NCBI GenBank assembly: GCA_002352465.1
Contig: DEIN01000017.1
Span: 64,777 to 128,776, forward strand
Origin: Patescibacteria group bacterium UBA2773
GTDB lineage: Bacteria; Patescibacteriota; Minisyncoccia; Moranbacterales; DUUL01
DNA: 64,000 bases
Reading direction: 5' to 3'
Shown: piece after piece, positions 10,061 to 20,430 of the stretch
How positions within the stretch are numbered: the stretch's first letter is position 1
How the letters are laid out: the number at the start of each line of letters is the position of its first letter
Program-made: the position numbers and the translations under genes
Notes under the pieces: generated by a model
Told to the model about the DNA's origin: nothing
Seen by the model: the letters and a program-made list of their open reading frames with translations, nothing else
Databases searched by the model: none

Positions 10061-10564
10061 TTAAAATTGTAAATCAATTATATTTAAATTATAAATTAAA
10101 TGCAAGAAAATTGCCAATAGAAAATAAATGATAAATATTTTAGAGTTATTTCTAAGATAAATAACGGCTATCATTAGGAGAATTGAGGTGATGACGTGAA
10201 TTAATACAATCAGAGAAATCGGGAATAATTCCAATAATTGAGGGTCGAAGTGAGGAAAAATTAGAATAAATTCGAAAAAACTGAAACCAAGACCGAAAAA
10301 AAATCCTTTGAAAATATTTGCTAGATTTATTATTCTAGAATTAATTAATAAGAAATTGATTAAGCTGAATTTAATAAATTCTTCAATTAAAACTAGAATT
10401 ATTAGAAAAATTAAATTTTCTTTTGACCAGAAACTAAAATTTTCAAAAATTAAATTAATGACGATTGAAAAGATTAAGGCCAAAAATCCAGCTGAAAAAC
10501 CGCCTAGCAGAAAAAGAATTAAGCCAGAAGATTTTTTATTTAATGGTTTGGAGTTGAGTTTCAA
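10061..10564 (-). CDS. Hypothetical polytopic membrane protein
   Basis: The product is 167 aa and almost entirely hydrophobic (4-5 predicted TM). The start overlaps the valS stop by ~29 nt. There is no recognisable motif beyond a weak EExxK element. Confidence 0.4.
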   Translation of the reverse strand: MKLNSKPLNKKSSGLILFLLGGFSAGFLALIFSIVINLIFENFSFWSKENLIFLIILVLIEEFIKFSLINFLLINSRIINLANIFKGFFFGLGFSFFEFILIFPHFDPQLLELFPISLIVLIHVITSILLMIAVIYLRNNSKIFIIYFLLAIFLHLIYNLNIIDLQF

Positions 10565-13178
10565 GGTCTTTTATCTTTATTTTTATTTGAGTTTGTTTGA
10601 TTTGTTCTTTTTTGACAATTTCTTTGGGGGCATTTTTGACGAATCGTTGATTGTTCAATTTGCTGTCTAAAGATTTCAGGAGTTTGTTTAATCTTTCGAT
10701 TTCAGTTTTCAATTTTTTAGCTTCTTTATCTAAATCAACGATTCCTTCTAGCGGAATATAGATTTTAATCGTTTCGACTTGAGAATAGAAAGCGTTCGGA
10801 ACTTCATCGCTGGATTCAGTGATTTCAATTTTTTCAGTGTTGGTTTGCAGATTGGTTAATAGATTTTTTTGGTCTTTGAGTACTTCTAGTTTATCATCAG
10901 CTTGAATAAAAACTTTAATTTTATCTTGAGGATTTAGCTTGTATTGTGCCCGAGCATTTCTAACTATAACTATAATCTGTTTAATCAAATCAAAATCAGC
11001 AATTTCTTTTGTATATTTTTTATATTTATTTTCTTCAGGCAAAGACTCTGTCATCAACATTGAACTGGCAACTTTTTGCCAGATGGTTTCGGTAATGAAG
11101 GGAATAAGGGGATGCCATAGTTTCAGTAAATCTTTTAGGATTTCTGTTAAAATAATTTTTTTAGAAGAATTAGTTTCGATTTTACTAATTTCTAAATACC
11201 AATCGGCAAAATCTTCTCGGGTGAATTTTCGAAGTTTTTCTCCGGCAATAGAAAAATTGTGGTTTTCAATATCAGTTTTAACTTCAATATTAAGTTGATG
11301 CATCTTGGACAAAATCCATTGATCAGCTAGGGTTAAATCAGCTAAATCTAAATCGGCTATTTTTTTACTGAAATCTAATTTTTCGGTCTTTAATTGATTC
11401 AAAACAAATCGAGCAATATTCCAAATTTTATTAACAAAATTTCGATAACCTTCAATCTTTCTTTCTGATATTTTCATATCGTTACCGGCAGTGCTTCCAA
11501 TCAACAAAGAAAGTCGAACGGCATCGGTGCCATATTTTTCAATCATTTCGATTGGATCGATTCCGTTTCCTTTAGATTTGCTCATTTTTTTACCGTGTTG
11601 GTCCAAAATCATTCCGTGGAGGTGGACTTTTTCAAAAGGAATCTCACCAACTGCAAAAAGCGACATCATAATCATTCTTGAAACCCATAAAGTCAAAATT
11701 TCATAACCAGTATTTAAAACTTGAGTAGGATGAAATTGAGCGAGATCTCCAGATTTTTTATTATCTTCAAAAGTATTAGGCCAACCGAGAGTAGAGAAAG
11801 TCCACATTCCAGAGGAGAACCAAGTGTCGAGAGTGTCTGGGTCTTGAGTCCAACCAGGGCCTGGAGTCTCGGCTTGAACTTTTATTTTGCCGTCTTTGTG
11901 CCAAGCGGGAATTCGATGACCAAGCCAAATTTGCCTTGAAATACACCAGTCGTGAAGATTTTCCATCCAATCCTCATAACGCTTGGTGAATCTTTTGGGA
12001 ATAAATTCAATTTCTTTGGACTTGGAAACTTCAATAGCTCGTTCTTTTAAGGATTGGTTGTCGAATTTTTCTAATTTTTTATCAACTGAAATAAACCATT
12101 GTTCGGAGGGTAGGGGCTCGATTATTGTTCCGCATCGATAACAAACGGCGGCTGAATGTTGATAATTTTCATCAATATGGTCGATTAATCTTAGCTCTTG
12201 CATATCAACTACAATTGCTTCTCGGGCTTTCAAAACGGTCATTCCAGCGTATTTTCCGCAGTTTTCCATCATTTTGCCGTTTTCATCAATAATTTTTTTA
12301 GAAGGAAGATTGTGTCGGATAGCAATTTCGTTATCCACAAAACTGTGAGCTGGAGTTACTTTGATGGCACCAGAGCCAAATTTTGGGTCAACAGCTTTAT
12401 CTGCTACTACTTTGACTATAAATTTTCCTAAGACTCCTTCGATTTCATAATCTTTTCCAACCATTGCTTGATAGCGTTTGTCATCGGGATGAACGGCTAC
12501 GGCGGTGTCTCCAAGTTTGGTCTCTGGGCGAGAAGTAGCTAAAACAAAAGGACCATATTTTAGCCAATAAAGTTTAGCTTTTTCTTCTTTGTGTTCAACT
12601 TCGTCGTCGGCTAGAGTGGAATGACAGCGAGGACACCAATTAACCATTCGTTCACCTCGATAAATTGCACCGGCTTCGAACATATCGATAAACATTTTTT
12701 CAACCGCTTTTTTTCGTTGGTCATCAAAGGTAAAGGCCAGCCTTGACCAATCTAAGCTAGCTCCCATTCGGCGAGTTTGATTCAAGATAGTGGATTGAGT
12801 GGTTTTCATAAAATCCCAAGCTTCTTCCATAAATTTTTCTCGGCCTAAGTCGTGGCGAGTTTGATTTTTTTCTTTAAATAATTTTTTTTCAACTACATTT
12901 TGAGTGGCAATGGCAGCGTGATCAGTTCCGGGAAGCCAGAGCGTTCGAAAGCCCTTCATTCGGTGGAAACGCACTAATAAATCTTCGATGGCGAGCATTG
13001 AAGAATGACCAAGATGAAGTTTGTCGGTGATATTAGGAGGAGGAAGAATGATGGTGTAGGGTTTGGCGTTTTCGGCCAAATCTAAATTATCGGGATTGAA
13101 TTTTCCTGATTCTTCCCAATATTGATAAATTTTTTCTTCGTTTTCTTTGGGATTATAAGTTTTGGCTAGAGTTGGCAT
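10536..13178 (-). CDS. valS: Valine--tRNA ligase
   Basis: The product is 880 aa. Class I HIGH motif is PPPNITDKLHLGH and the KMSKS motif is KMSKSKGN. It has an editing domain and a C-terminal coiled-coil typical of ValS. Confidence 0.9.
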   Translation of the reverse strand: MPTLAKTYNPKENEEKIYQYWEESGKFNPDNLDLAENAKPYTIILPPPNITDKLHLGHSSMLAIEDLLVRFHRMKGFRTLWLPGTDHAAIATQNVVEKKLFKEKNQTRHDLGREKFMEEAWDFMKTTQSTILNQTRRMGASLDWSRLAFTFDDQRKKAVEKMFIDMFEAGAIYRGERMVNWCPRCHSTLADDEVEHKEEKAKLYWLKYGPFVLATSRPETKLGDTAVAVHPDDKRYQAMVGKDYEIEGVLGKFIVKVVADKAVDPKFGSGAIKVTPAHSFVDNEIAIRHNLPSKKIIDENGKMMENCGKYAGMTVLKAREAIVVDMQELRLIDHIDENYQHSAAVCYRCGTIIEPLPSEQWFISVDKKLEKFDNQSLKERAIEVSKSKEIEFIPKRFTKRYEDWMENLHDWCISRQIWLGHRIPAWHKDGKIKVQAETPGPGWTQDPDTLDTWFSSGMWTFSTLGWPNTFEDNKKSGDLAQFHPTQVLNTGYEILTLWVSRMIMMSLFAVGEIPFEKVHLHGMILDQHGKKMSKSKGNGIDPIEMIEKYGTDAVRLSLLIGSTAGNDMKISERKIEGYRNFVNKIWNIARFVLNQLKTEKLDFSKKIADLDLADLTLADQWILSKMHQLNIEVKTDIENHNFSIAGEKLRKFTREDFADWYLEISKIETNSSKKIILTEILKDLLKLWHPLIPFITETIWQKVASSMLMTESLPEENKYKKYTKEIADFDLIKQIIVIVRNARAQYKLNPQDKIKVFIQADDKLEVLKDQKNLLTNLQTNTEKIEITESSDEVPNAFYSQVETIKIYIPLEGIVDLDKEAKKLKTEIERLNKLLKSLDSKLNNQRFVKNAPKEIVKKEQIKQTQIKIKIKDLETQLQTIK

Positions 13179-13253
13179 TGTTTGTAATAAAGTTTTATTT
13201 TTTGGAATTTCCCGGAGTCGAACTTCGGAAAATCACAGGAATAGTTTGTTGAT

Positions 13254-14624
13254 TTACTTAGTTATTTTACCAGAAGTTAGCAATAAGGCAAGGGCAAGCC
13301 AGAAGATGAACTGACCTTGAGGAAGAGTCCAGAAGTAGTGATCAAAAAATCCAAGCAATAAAAAACTGCTGACTAATAAAATAAACAGGGTTTGTTTCGC
13401 GGAAAATTTGAAAGATTGAGACTTTATAAATAAAGTTAGTAGAATTAGTCCAACTAGCCCAATTTCGCTCCAAATTAATAAATAAAGGTTATGAACGGGT
13501 TGGATATTGTAAGCGGGTAGATTTTGAGGATTGAGATCTTTGAAGATTATTGGAAATTGACCAATTCCAACTCCCAGCCAGCAATTGTGACGAAGAATTT
13601 CTTTTCTGGAAAAATCAGCGTATTGAGCTCTGAGAGAAAATGATTGATCTTGGCAATTTCCAGGGCAAAGACGAGCCGGGATAAATTTATGAAATCCGAT
13701 TAATAAAATTATTAGAATTATTAAAACGGGAAATATGGATTTAAATACTGATTTAAATCTATATTTTTGATAAAAAAGATATTTGAAATATTTTATTATT
13801 AAATAAATACTTAAAAAAGCGGTTATTAGCCAAATGCTTCGAGAAAAAGTGACTATAATTCCAGTTAAAATTAGAATTAAACCGATTTTAAAATGAATTT
13901 GGCCAGTTAGGAATTTGAATTTTGGTTTTAGCTGAAGTTTTTTAAATTTTCGAGGAAGTTTGAATGGGATTTTGAAATTTTTATTTAAAATGAAATATAG
14001 ACCAGTGACTAGGGATAGAAAGAGAAAAGCTCCAAGTAAGTTGGGATGAGGCAAGGTTCCGTAGCCTCGAATGAATTTTTCGCCACCCGCTTCTAGTTTG
14101 GCGACTCCTAGGATTTGGGGAGATAAAGCATTTTCCCCTAAATATTTTAGACCGAGGGATTTTTGAAAAATAAATTGCAATAAGGTGATGATGGATTGAA
14201 TCACACCTGAGAGAAAAATCAGATAAAGAGTTTGGTTGAAAGGTTTTTTGGTTTTAATTAGGTCGATAAAAATTAGGGAAAATCCGATAACTTCTAATAA
14301 TCGGAGAGAATTATACAATGAAATATTTGAATTAGTAGAAATAAACAGAGAATTCCAAGCTAAATAGATGATTAGTAAAAATAAAAACCAATTAGATTTG
14401 GAATTTTTTGGAATTTTTTTAGTTTTAATTTTTCGAAGAAACCAGCTTGAGAAAATTATTAAAAATAAAATGTCAAAAAAATAGAGAGAATATTGAAGAT
14501 TTTCTTTAAAAAATAAAAAATCTTTGGTAGTGGAGAAGTTGAAAATATAGTGAAAATTGAATGGCAAAATAAAAACCAAAATTAGAATTAACTTCTCTGT
14601 TGTTTTATTGGTATTTATTTGCAT
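13254..14624 (-). CDS. O-antigen ligase (Wzy_C/WaaL-like) family membrane protein
   Basis: The product is 456 aa with about 10 TM segments. It has the conserved H-N-x-Y-L-x4-E-x-G-x-x-G motif (VHNLYLLIWSEIGLVG). Confidence 0.6.
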   Translation of the reverse strand: MQINTNKTTEKLILILVFILPFNFHYIFNFSTTKDFLFFKENLQYSLYFFDILFLIIFSSWFLRKIKTKKIPKNSKSNWFLFLLIIYLAWNSLFISTNSNISLYNSLRLLEVIGFSLIFIDLIKTKKPFNQTLYLIFLSGVIQSIITLLQFIFQKSLGLKYLGENALSPQILGVAKLEAGGEKFIRGYGTLPHPNLLGAFLFLSLVTGLYFILNKNFKIPFKLPRKFKKLQLKPKFKFLTGQIHFKIGLILILTGIIVTFSRSIWLITAFLSIYLIIKYFKYLFYQKYRFKSVFKSIFPVLIILIILLIGFHKFIPARLCPGNCQDQSFSLRAQYADFSRKEILRHNCWLGVGIGQFPIIFKDLNPQNLPAYNIQPVHNLYLLIWSEIGLVGLILLTLFIKSQSFKFSAKQTLFILLVSSFLLLGFFDHYFWTLPQGQFIFWLALALLLTSGKITK

Positions 14625-14973
14625 AGCTTAATTCTAGGAAAATTTTTATAAGAAAGCAAGGTGCGGTAGAATTAAATTGAAAAATTATTAAATTATATTA
14701 AAAATAAGAAGTTTAAAATAGATTTTTAAATTTAAATAAAAAACATGAAAAAATCAATGATTGGAATTGAAATTGTATTGCAAGTTTAATGATAACTGAC
14801 TCTAGTTAATTATTAAACTTATGTCAATAATAAGTTTTTGTGGTTAAATTATAAATAAAAACTTTCTAACTTTCTAAACTTTAGAGACTTTTTGATCATC
14901 TTGTTTGATAAAGAAAATGAGTTGAGGTAGAATTGAATTAAATAAATTAATATTTTAAATTAAATTTTATTAT

Positions 14974-15732
14974 ATGAAAATATTCAAAAAATTATTCAAG
15001 GGGAATACTTTGTATTATCCGGGGTGTTTGACTAAGTTCGCGCTGAAAGACATTCAAGCTAGTTATGAAGAGATTTTGCGTCGGGAGGGAATTGATTTTA
15101 TCAAACTTGCTGACAAAGAATTGTGTTGTGGTTCGCCGGTCAAAAATGCTGGCGGAAAAAAACTTTTCAAAGAAATAGCCGAGAAGAATTTGAAGATTTT
15201 TAAGGAGCACAGTGTTGACCGAATTATTACTAATTGTCCGGCTTGTGCTTTGGTTTTAAGAAAGGACTATAAGGAAATTTTGGAGGAGCAGTGGGATATT
15301 GAAGTTCAGCATATGACTGAGATTATTACCGAGAAAAATTTGAAGCAATTTGAGGGGGTGAATAATGGAGTTGCTACTTATCATGATCCTTGTCACTTAG
15401 GGAGAGGTTTGGAAATTTATGAGGAACCGAGAGAAATTATTAAAAAGGCTGGTTTTGAAATTAAGGAAATGGATTTGAATAGAGAAAAAAGCTATTGTTG
15501 TGGAGCCGGTGGAGGCGTGAAGACTAACAATCCAGAATTGTCCAATCGAATTGCTGGGGAACGGTTTGATCAAGCTCAAAAAACCAAAGCCGACAAACTG
15601 ATAACTCCTTGTCCAATGTGTTTTGCTCAATTTAAAGAAAATGCTAAAAAACAAAATAAAAAAATTGAAATTAAAGAATTGAGCGAAATTTTGGTGGAGA
15701 AGAATAAAAAAAATAAGAATAACAAAAAATAA
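14974..15732 (+). CDS. Cysteine-rich CCG-domain (Fe-S)-binding oxidoreductase subunit (HdrB/GlcF/LutA-like)
   Basis: Two CCG-type Cys clusters are present (CLTKF...CCGSP...CPAC and CHLGRG...CCGAGGG...CPMC). The 3' end lies inside a 158-bp sequence that is repeated downstream. Confidence 0.65.
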   Translation: MKIFKKLFKGNTLYYPGCLTKFALKDIQASYEEILRREGIDFIKLADKELCCGSPVKNAGGKKLFKEIAEKNLKIFKEHSVDRIITNCPACALVLRKDYKEILEEQWDIEVQHMTEIITEKNLKQFEGVNNGVATYHDPCHLGRGLEIYEEPREIIKKAGFEIKEMDLNREKSYCCGAGGGVKTNNPELSNRIAGERFDQAQKTKADKLITPCPMCFAQFKENAKKQNKKIEIKELSEILVEKNKKNKNNKK

Positions 15733-15822
15733 AAAAAAGTAAAAAATAGCCATAAAATTAAGGATAATCAGCCTTAAAAAAATAGTTTTTCTACCATTCT
15801 TCAGTGAATGGTGGGAAATGAG
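15665..15822. repeat. Left copy of a ~158-bp direct repeat (3' end of the CCG-domain gene plus its downstream hairpin)
   Basis: It is nearly identical to 20167..20324, with 4-5 mismatches. It contains the hairpin accattc-ttcagt-gaatggt. Confidence 0.85.
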
Positions 15823-15846
15823 TTAATTTTTAAATAAAAAAATTTT

Positions 15847-18800
15847 ATGGAAAATCAAAATTTTAAACAAGAAACAGTTAATTCTCTTGAGGAAATTGAA
15901 ATGCCTGAAAGTGAAGCCCAAAAGGAAACTTTTGAAGAAGCGCTTTTAAAAAAGATTGAAAAACTAGAAAATAAAATTAGAAAATCTATTGATCAGAAAA
16001 AAGAAGCTGAATTAAAAGAATATGCTGAAAAACAATTAGAAAGAGTGAAAGAAACAGAAGTGACAAGAAAAAAGATTGAAGATTCTAAAAAGCAACGGCA
16101 ACTTCATAAAGAAAAATCTTTAGAAAATAAGGCAGAAAAACCAAAAGGATTTATCGATAAATTGAAAGAAAAAAATATTATTAGAAAACTAAAGAAAGAG
16201 GGAATTGAAAATCCTGAAAAAGTTTTAGAATTTGTTGCCTATGTTAAAAACAAAGGAGGCGGAGATGCTAAAAATTTTGAACAAATAAAGTCTTGGGGTT
16301 ATTTGGAGGCTTTTGAATATTTAGATGACCCGATTGTTTTTTATGAGAAAGTGAATTCGATAACAGGAGCAACAGTTGAACCTTGTCCTTCTGAAATAAA
16401 AAGCGATGATTATTGGATCGATAGTCTCATAAAAATTCCAAATATTTTAGAGAAGTTAAATTTATGCGAAGAAGTTAAAAATTATTTAGGTTTAGAATTT
16501 AACGAAATGAGCGTTCAGTGTTTTTGTGAAGAATCAGGGTTGCAGTCTAAATTGTCTAAGGAGAATCTTGAAAAAGTTAAAAATTTGATTGAAATTTCGG
16601 ATAAAGTTTTAGAACTAAAAAGAGGTTATGGTCCAATCGCTAATTTGGAGTTTATTTTGGATTATGTGGAGAATGAAGACCATTATGAGTTACTAACTAG
16701 ATATGTTAAAGATTCAGGAAACAAACTTTCGACTGAATTTTTAGACCAAGTTTTGAAATCTGAAATTGGTGAGGATCTGTTGATTGGTAATAGTAATTAT
16801 TTGAACTTAAAGAAAGACGTGTTGAGTTATTCTCATGAGATGTCAGATGAAAAAAAGTTAAGAATTAAGGCTTTGAATTTAGGCGAATTTGCAGAAGACA
16901 AAGCTTTTTCTAAATTTGCAGAAGATTTTCATTTTTTGAAGGAGGACAAATTTTCGTTGGAAGAATATGAGCTATTAAAAGATTTGTATGAAAATCACAA
17001 AGAGCATGCTTTAGCATTTTATCAGGTTTTTGAAGAGTTAGAAATTGCTGATGATTTTCAAGATTTTTATTTGAAATTTAACGAGTGGAGAAAGGACGTT
17101 AAGGGAATTAAAGATTTTTTCTTGATTTTAGATGAATCTTTTCAAGAGGTAGCCAAGGGTTTTGAAAATTGCAAAGATTATATGTCAATTAGCTATTTAG
17201 GATATTTAGCTTTTGTGTTCAATAATACCGAAATATCAGAGAATTCAAATTTGATAAAAGAAATAATGGAAGAAGCCTCTTTTGATTTCAATATTAGGGA
17301 TTTTGGATTTTTGTTTTTTGCTGAACGTGATTCAATTAACTCTATTGGAATGATAATTAAAAACATTGCTAATAAAGCTGAATTAAAAATTTGTCTTGAA
17401 TTTATTCGGAGAGATTACAGCGATTTTGTAGAAAATTTTAAGGCTTTTGTTAGTATAAAGGACAAATATGATTATGATATTAGCTTAAGCACATTGTTGA
17501 ACAATCCAGAAATAATAGAAAAACTTGATTCTTGGGAAGCTAAAAAATTGATGGATTCTTTTGATAAGAACGGAATTAGTTTAGTAGAAAATATAGGGTT
17601 ATTCGATTATCCTGAGAATTCTTTGAGATTGATTGAGATGATGAGCCGTTTTTTTAATATAGACGGGCGATCAATGGATCATTTTATTAAATATGCGAAA
17701 GAAAATACGGACGAATTTTTAAACTTTATGGCTAGTTGTAATTTTAAAGAAGAAAAAAGTTATTTGAATTTTGACTCTTTGGCTATTCTTTTCGACAATC
17801 TTAAGGATTTTAATCAGCTTGAATTTTTAGGAAAACATTCTGAATTTTATTTTAATGGAAAAGTGGTCGCTTTTATAGAGGATAATCCAGATAAAGTAGT
17901 CGGGATATTTTCGTTAGCAGAACAAGGTGTCTTGGAGAAAAAAGACTTTTGCGAAATTGTAGCGAATAATTTAGAAGATGTTTTGAGGGCTCCTTCGGAA
18001 AAAATTAATTTATGGGTTGAGCTTTATAAAAAGCTGGATGGTATCCAATCATCTGAACTGCAGAAAACTAAAAAAGAAATTGCTAGGGAATTATTGTATT
18101 CAAAAAATCCAGAAGAAGCTTGTCAAGAAATCATAGAAGTATTTACGACTAATTGTTTGCCTATGGTAGGGAAAAAATATAAAGTATTTTCTATTTTGTA
18201 TAATCCACAAAAAATAAAAAAAGATTTTGAAGAACGAAAGTATCTAAGTCCTTATTTGGAGAAATCAAGCAGTCGGCGGAAATATTTTACTTTTTATCGA
18301 GATCTCTTGAATATTAGTATCAAATCAAATGATAGTTCTTTGAGAAAATATTTGGAAGTTTTTCAAGAAGGTCAAGCAGTTTTTGAAAAAATTGATATTG
18401 AAGGTGAGGAAGGGCTTGATGAAACAGAAAGAAGGCAGGCAGAGTTTATTCTAAAAAGGTTTAAAATGCTGTGGCTCAATTCGGCTTTAAGTAATCATAA
18501 AAATATTAATGATATTAATTTGGACGAAGGAATAGAAACTTCGTATATAAAAATGAGAGCTTTAATAAAAGCGGAAGATGGTCAGTCAGTTGAAGATAGA
18601 GTTTCTCAGATGTTTTTGAAGCCGGCTAGATTTAATGATGTAAAAGAGGTTTTGGATGAAATGAAGCAATCGAAAGAATTAGCAAAAAAAAGAAATTTTG
18701 AAAATTATAATTCAATAATAAAAGGAGATTTCAGTTGTGAGGAAGGTGATCTTGTGAAAGGTGTTGATGCTGCAAGTAGCGATTTTATTTTAGAATTTGG

Positions 18801-20127
18801 GATGACTGCGGGTGAATTTTTGGGGGTTGACGCTGGTAGTGATCAAACTCCTTACGATTCTGATTTTATAAGGATTCCCGAGAAATCTGAAGATAAATCT
18901 TTTATTGATAATATTAATCATTATTCGATAAGATGGGGTGACATTGATTTAATTATTAAAAACAGAGGGCAGTTTAGTGAAACTTCTCAAGGGGAGGGAG
19001 CGGAGTATGATGTTTCGAAATTTGAAATTTTTAATTCAGGTGTGATGAATAGAAATCACTATGGAGTAAGAACAGGCCTTCCTTCAACTGAAATTGATTT
19101 GATAGTGAGTCGTGATAATCGTAATAAAAATTTATTTTTGAATATTGCAAAAAATGGATTTTATATACCGGTTGTAGACGAAAAAGGACGGGTTGTATTT
19201 GATCCTGAACAGTATGAGGAGTATAGGAAGGTTTTTAGGGGAATTGATAGTCTTGAAGGAGATACTTTTGAATATCTTGATACTAAAACTGAAGATTTTG
19301 ATTATGATGATGTAGAAAAAATTAGAAAAGATATTCAAACAAGTTCTTTCGAAGTGCAAAATAAAACAAAGGAGATTAGAAACTTGATTAAGGAAACTTT
19401 AGAAGAATTTGGAATTCAATTGAAAGATGAATATGATGATAGTATTTTTGGCGCGAATTTATTGGATATTGGTTCTACTGGCAGGGGCACTAATATGACT
19501 GGAGATTTTGATTTTGATTATAGTTTATGTTTAGATAATCAGGATATAGATAAGGTTAGTTCGATTTTGGATTCGCTTAGAAAAAAATTAGGGATAACGG
19601 AAGACAATGGCTCTCATGACGACGTCGATGGTTATCAGTTGAGAGTCAAAAATTGCAAAGTTTTTGGTGAAGAGCCTTTGGATATTGATGTTGGATTTGT
19701 TCGAAAAAATGATTTAATCAATCTTAGTTCCGGTGAAGCCATTCAAGAGAGATTTGATTGGATAAAAAATAATATTGGTAAAGCAGAATACGAGAAGGTT
19801 ATCGCCAATATTGTTTTGACTAAAAAAATATTAAAAGAAGGTGGAGCGTATAAAAAATTTGAAGATGGAGGAATTGGAGGGGTTGGGGTCGAAAATTGGA
19901 TATTATTGAACGATGGTAATATGATTAAGGCTTTTGAATCTTTTCTCGATAATGCGCTAGGAAAAGATGGAGAAGTGATTTCTTTGGATGATTTTCGGGG
20001 AAAATATAGTATTATAGATCCAGGATTGAATTTAAAAGGAGGAGGTCATGATGATTTTGTCTATAAATTGAAAAAAGAGGGATATAATAATATGATTAAA
20101 GTTATAAGAAAATATCTTGATACATAA
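15847..20127 (+). CDS. Large (1426 aa) acidic, largely alpha-helical hypothetical protein with a C-terminal Pol-beta-superfamily nucleotidyltransferase-like domain
   Basis: This is a single uninterrupted ORF. The C-terminal ~230 aa carry hG[GS]-x9-13-DhDh (IGSTGRGTNMTGDFDFDY, nt ~19468-19521) and a downstream hDh (LDIDVGFV, nt ~19678-19701). The N-terminal region is coiled-coil/charged and has no motif I recognise. Confidence 0.6.
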   Translation: MENQNFKQETVNSLEEIEMPESEAQKETFEEALLKKIEKLENKIRKSIDQKKEAELKEYAEKQLERVKETEVTRKKIEDSKKQRQLHKEKSLENKAEKPKGFIDKLKEKNIIRKLKKEGIENPEKVLEFVAYVKNKGGGDAKNFEQIKSWGYLEAFEYLDDPIVFYEKVNSITGATVEPCPSEIKSDDYWIDSLIKIPNILEKLNLCEEVKNYLGLEFNEMSVQCFCEESGLQSKLSKENLEKVKNLIEISDKVLELKRGYGPIANLEFILDYVENEDHYELLTRYVKDSGNKLSTEFLDQVLKSEIGEDLLIGNSNYLNLKKDVLSYSHEMSDEKKLRIKALNLGEFAEDKAFSKFAEDFHFLKEDKFSLEEYELLKDLYENHKEHALAFYQVFEELEIADDFQDFYLKFNEWRKDVKGIKDFFLILDESFQEVAKGFENCKDYMSISYLGYLAFVFNNTEISENSNLIKEIMEEASFDFNIRDFGFLFFAERDSINSIGMIIKNIANKAELKICLEFIRRDYSDFVENFKAFVSIKDKYDYDISLSTLLNNPEIIEKLDSWEAKKLMDSFDKNGISLVENIGLFDYPENSLRLIEMMSRFFNIDGRSMDHFIKYAKENTDEFLNFMASCNFKEEKSYLNFDSLAILFDNLKDFNQLEFLGKHSEFYFNGKVVAFIEDNPDKVVGIFSLAEQGVLEKKDFCEIVANNLEDVLRAPSEKINLWVELYKKLDGIQSSELQKTKKEIARELLYSKNPEEACQEIIEVFTTNCLPMVGKKYKVFSILYNPQKIKKDFEERKYLSPYLEKSSSRRKYFTFYRDLLNISIKSNDSSLRKYLEVFQEGQAVFEKIDIEGEEGLDETERRQAEFILKRFKMLWLNSALSNHKNINDINLDEGIETSYIKMRALIKAEDGQSVEDRVSQMFLKPARFNDVKEVLDEMKQSKELAKKRNFENYNSIIKGDFSCEEGDLVKGVDAASSDFILEFGMTAGEFLGVDAGSDQTPYDSDFIRIPEKSEDKSFIDNINHYSIRWGDIDLIIKNRGQFSETSQGEGAEYDVSKFEIFNSGVMNRNHYGVRTGLPSTEIDLIVSRDNRNKNLFLNIAKNGFYIPVVDEKGRVVFDPEQYEEYRKVFRGIDSLEGDTFEYLDTKTEDFDYDDVEKIRKDIQTSSFEVQNKTKEIRNLIKETLEEFGIQLKDEYDDSIFGANLLDIGSTGRGTNMTGDFDFDYSLCLDNQDIDKVSSILDSLRKKLGITEDNGSHDDVDGYQLRVKNCKVFGEEPLDIDVGFVRKNDLINLSSGEAIQERFDWIKNNIGKAEYEKVIANIVLTKKILKEGGAYKKFEDGGIGGVGVENWILLNDGNMIKAFESFLDNALGKDGEVISLDDFRGKYSIIDPGLNLKGGGHDDFVYKLKKEGYNNMIKVIRKYLDT

Positions 20128-20166
20128 AATTGTAAAAATTATTTCAAACAAAACAAAATAAATAGT

Positions 20167-20324
20167 TTGAAATTAAAGAATTGAGCGAAATTTTAGTGGA
20201 GAAGAATAAAAAAAATAAGAATAACAAAAAATAAAAAAAAGTAAAAAATAACCATAAAATTAAGGATAATCAGCCTTAAAAAAATAGTTTTTCTACTATT
20301 CTTCAGTGAATGGTGGAAAATGAA
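20167..20324. repeat. Right copy of the ~158-bp direct repeat
   Basis: It duplicates the last ~22 codons (IKELSEILVEKNKKNKNNKK*) of the CCG-domain gene and its terminator hairpin. Confidence 0.85.
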
Positions 20325-20430
20325 GAAAATTTTTTTGTTTAGTTTTTGTCTTTTCTTGGGGTTTTAAATTGATTTTTCAAGTTGAGGAGCGAAAAAATAA
20401 AACTATTTTTAATAAATTTTTACAAAGAAT

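Noticed and set aside
13179-13253. Possible tRNA between valS and the O-antigen-ligase gene (ggagtcgaacttcgg resembles a T-loop).
   Set aside because: It cannot be folded into a cloverleaf. There is no acceptor/anticodon arm complementarity.
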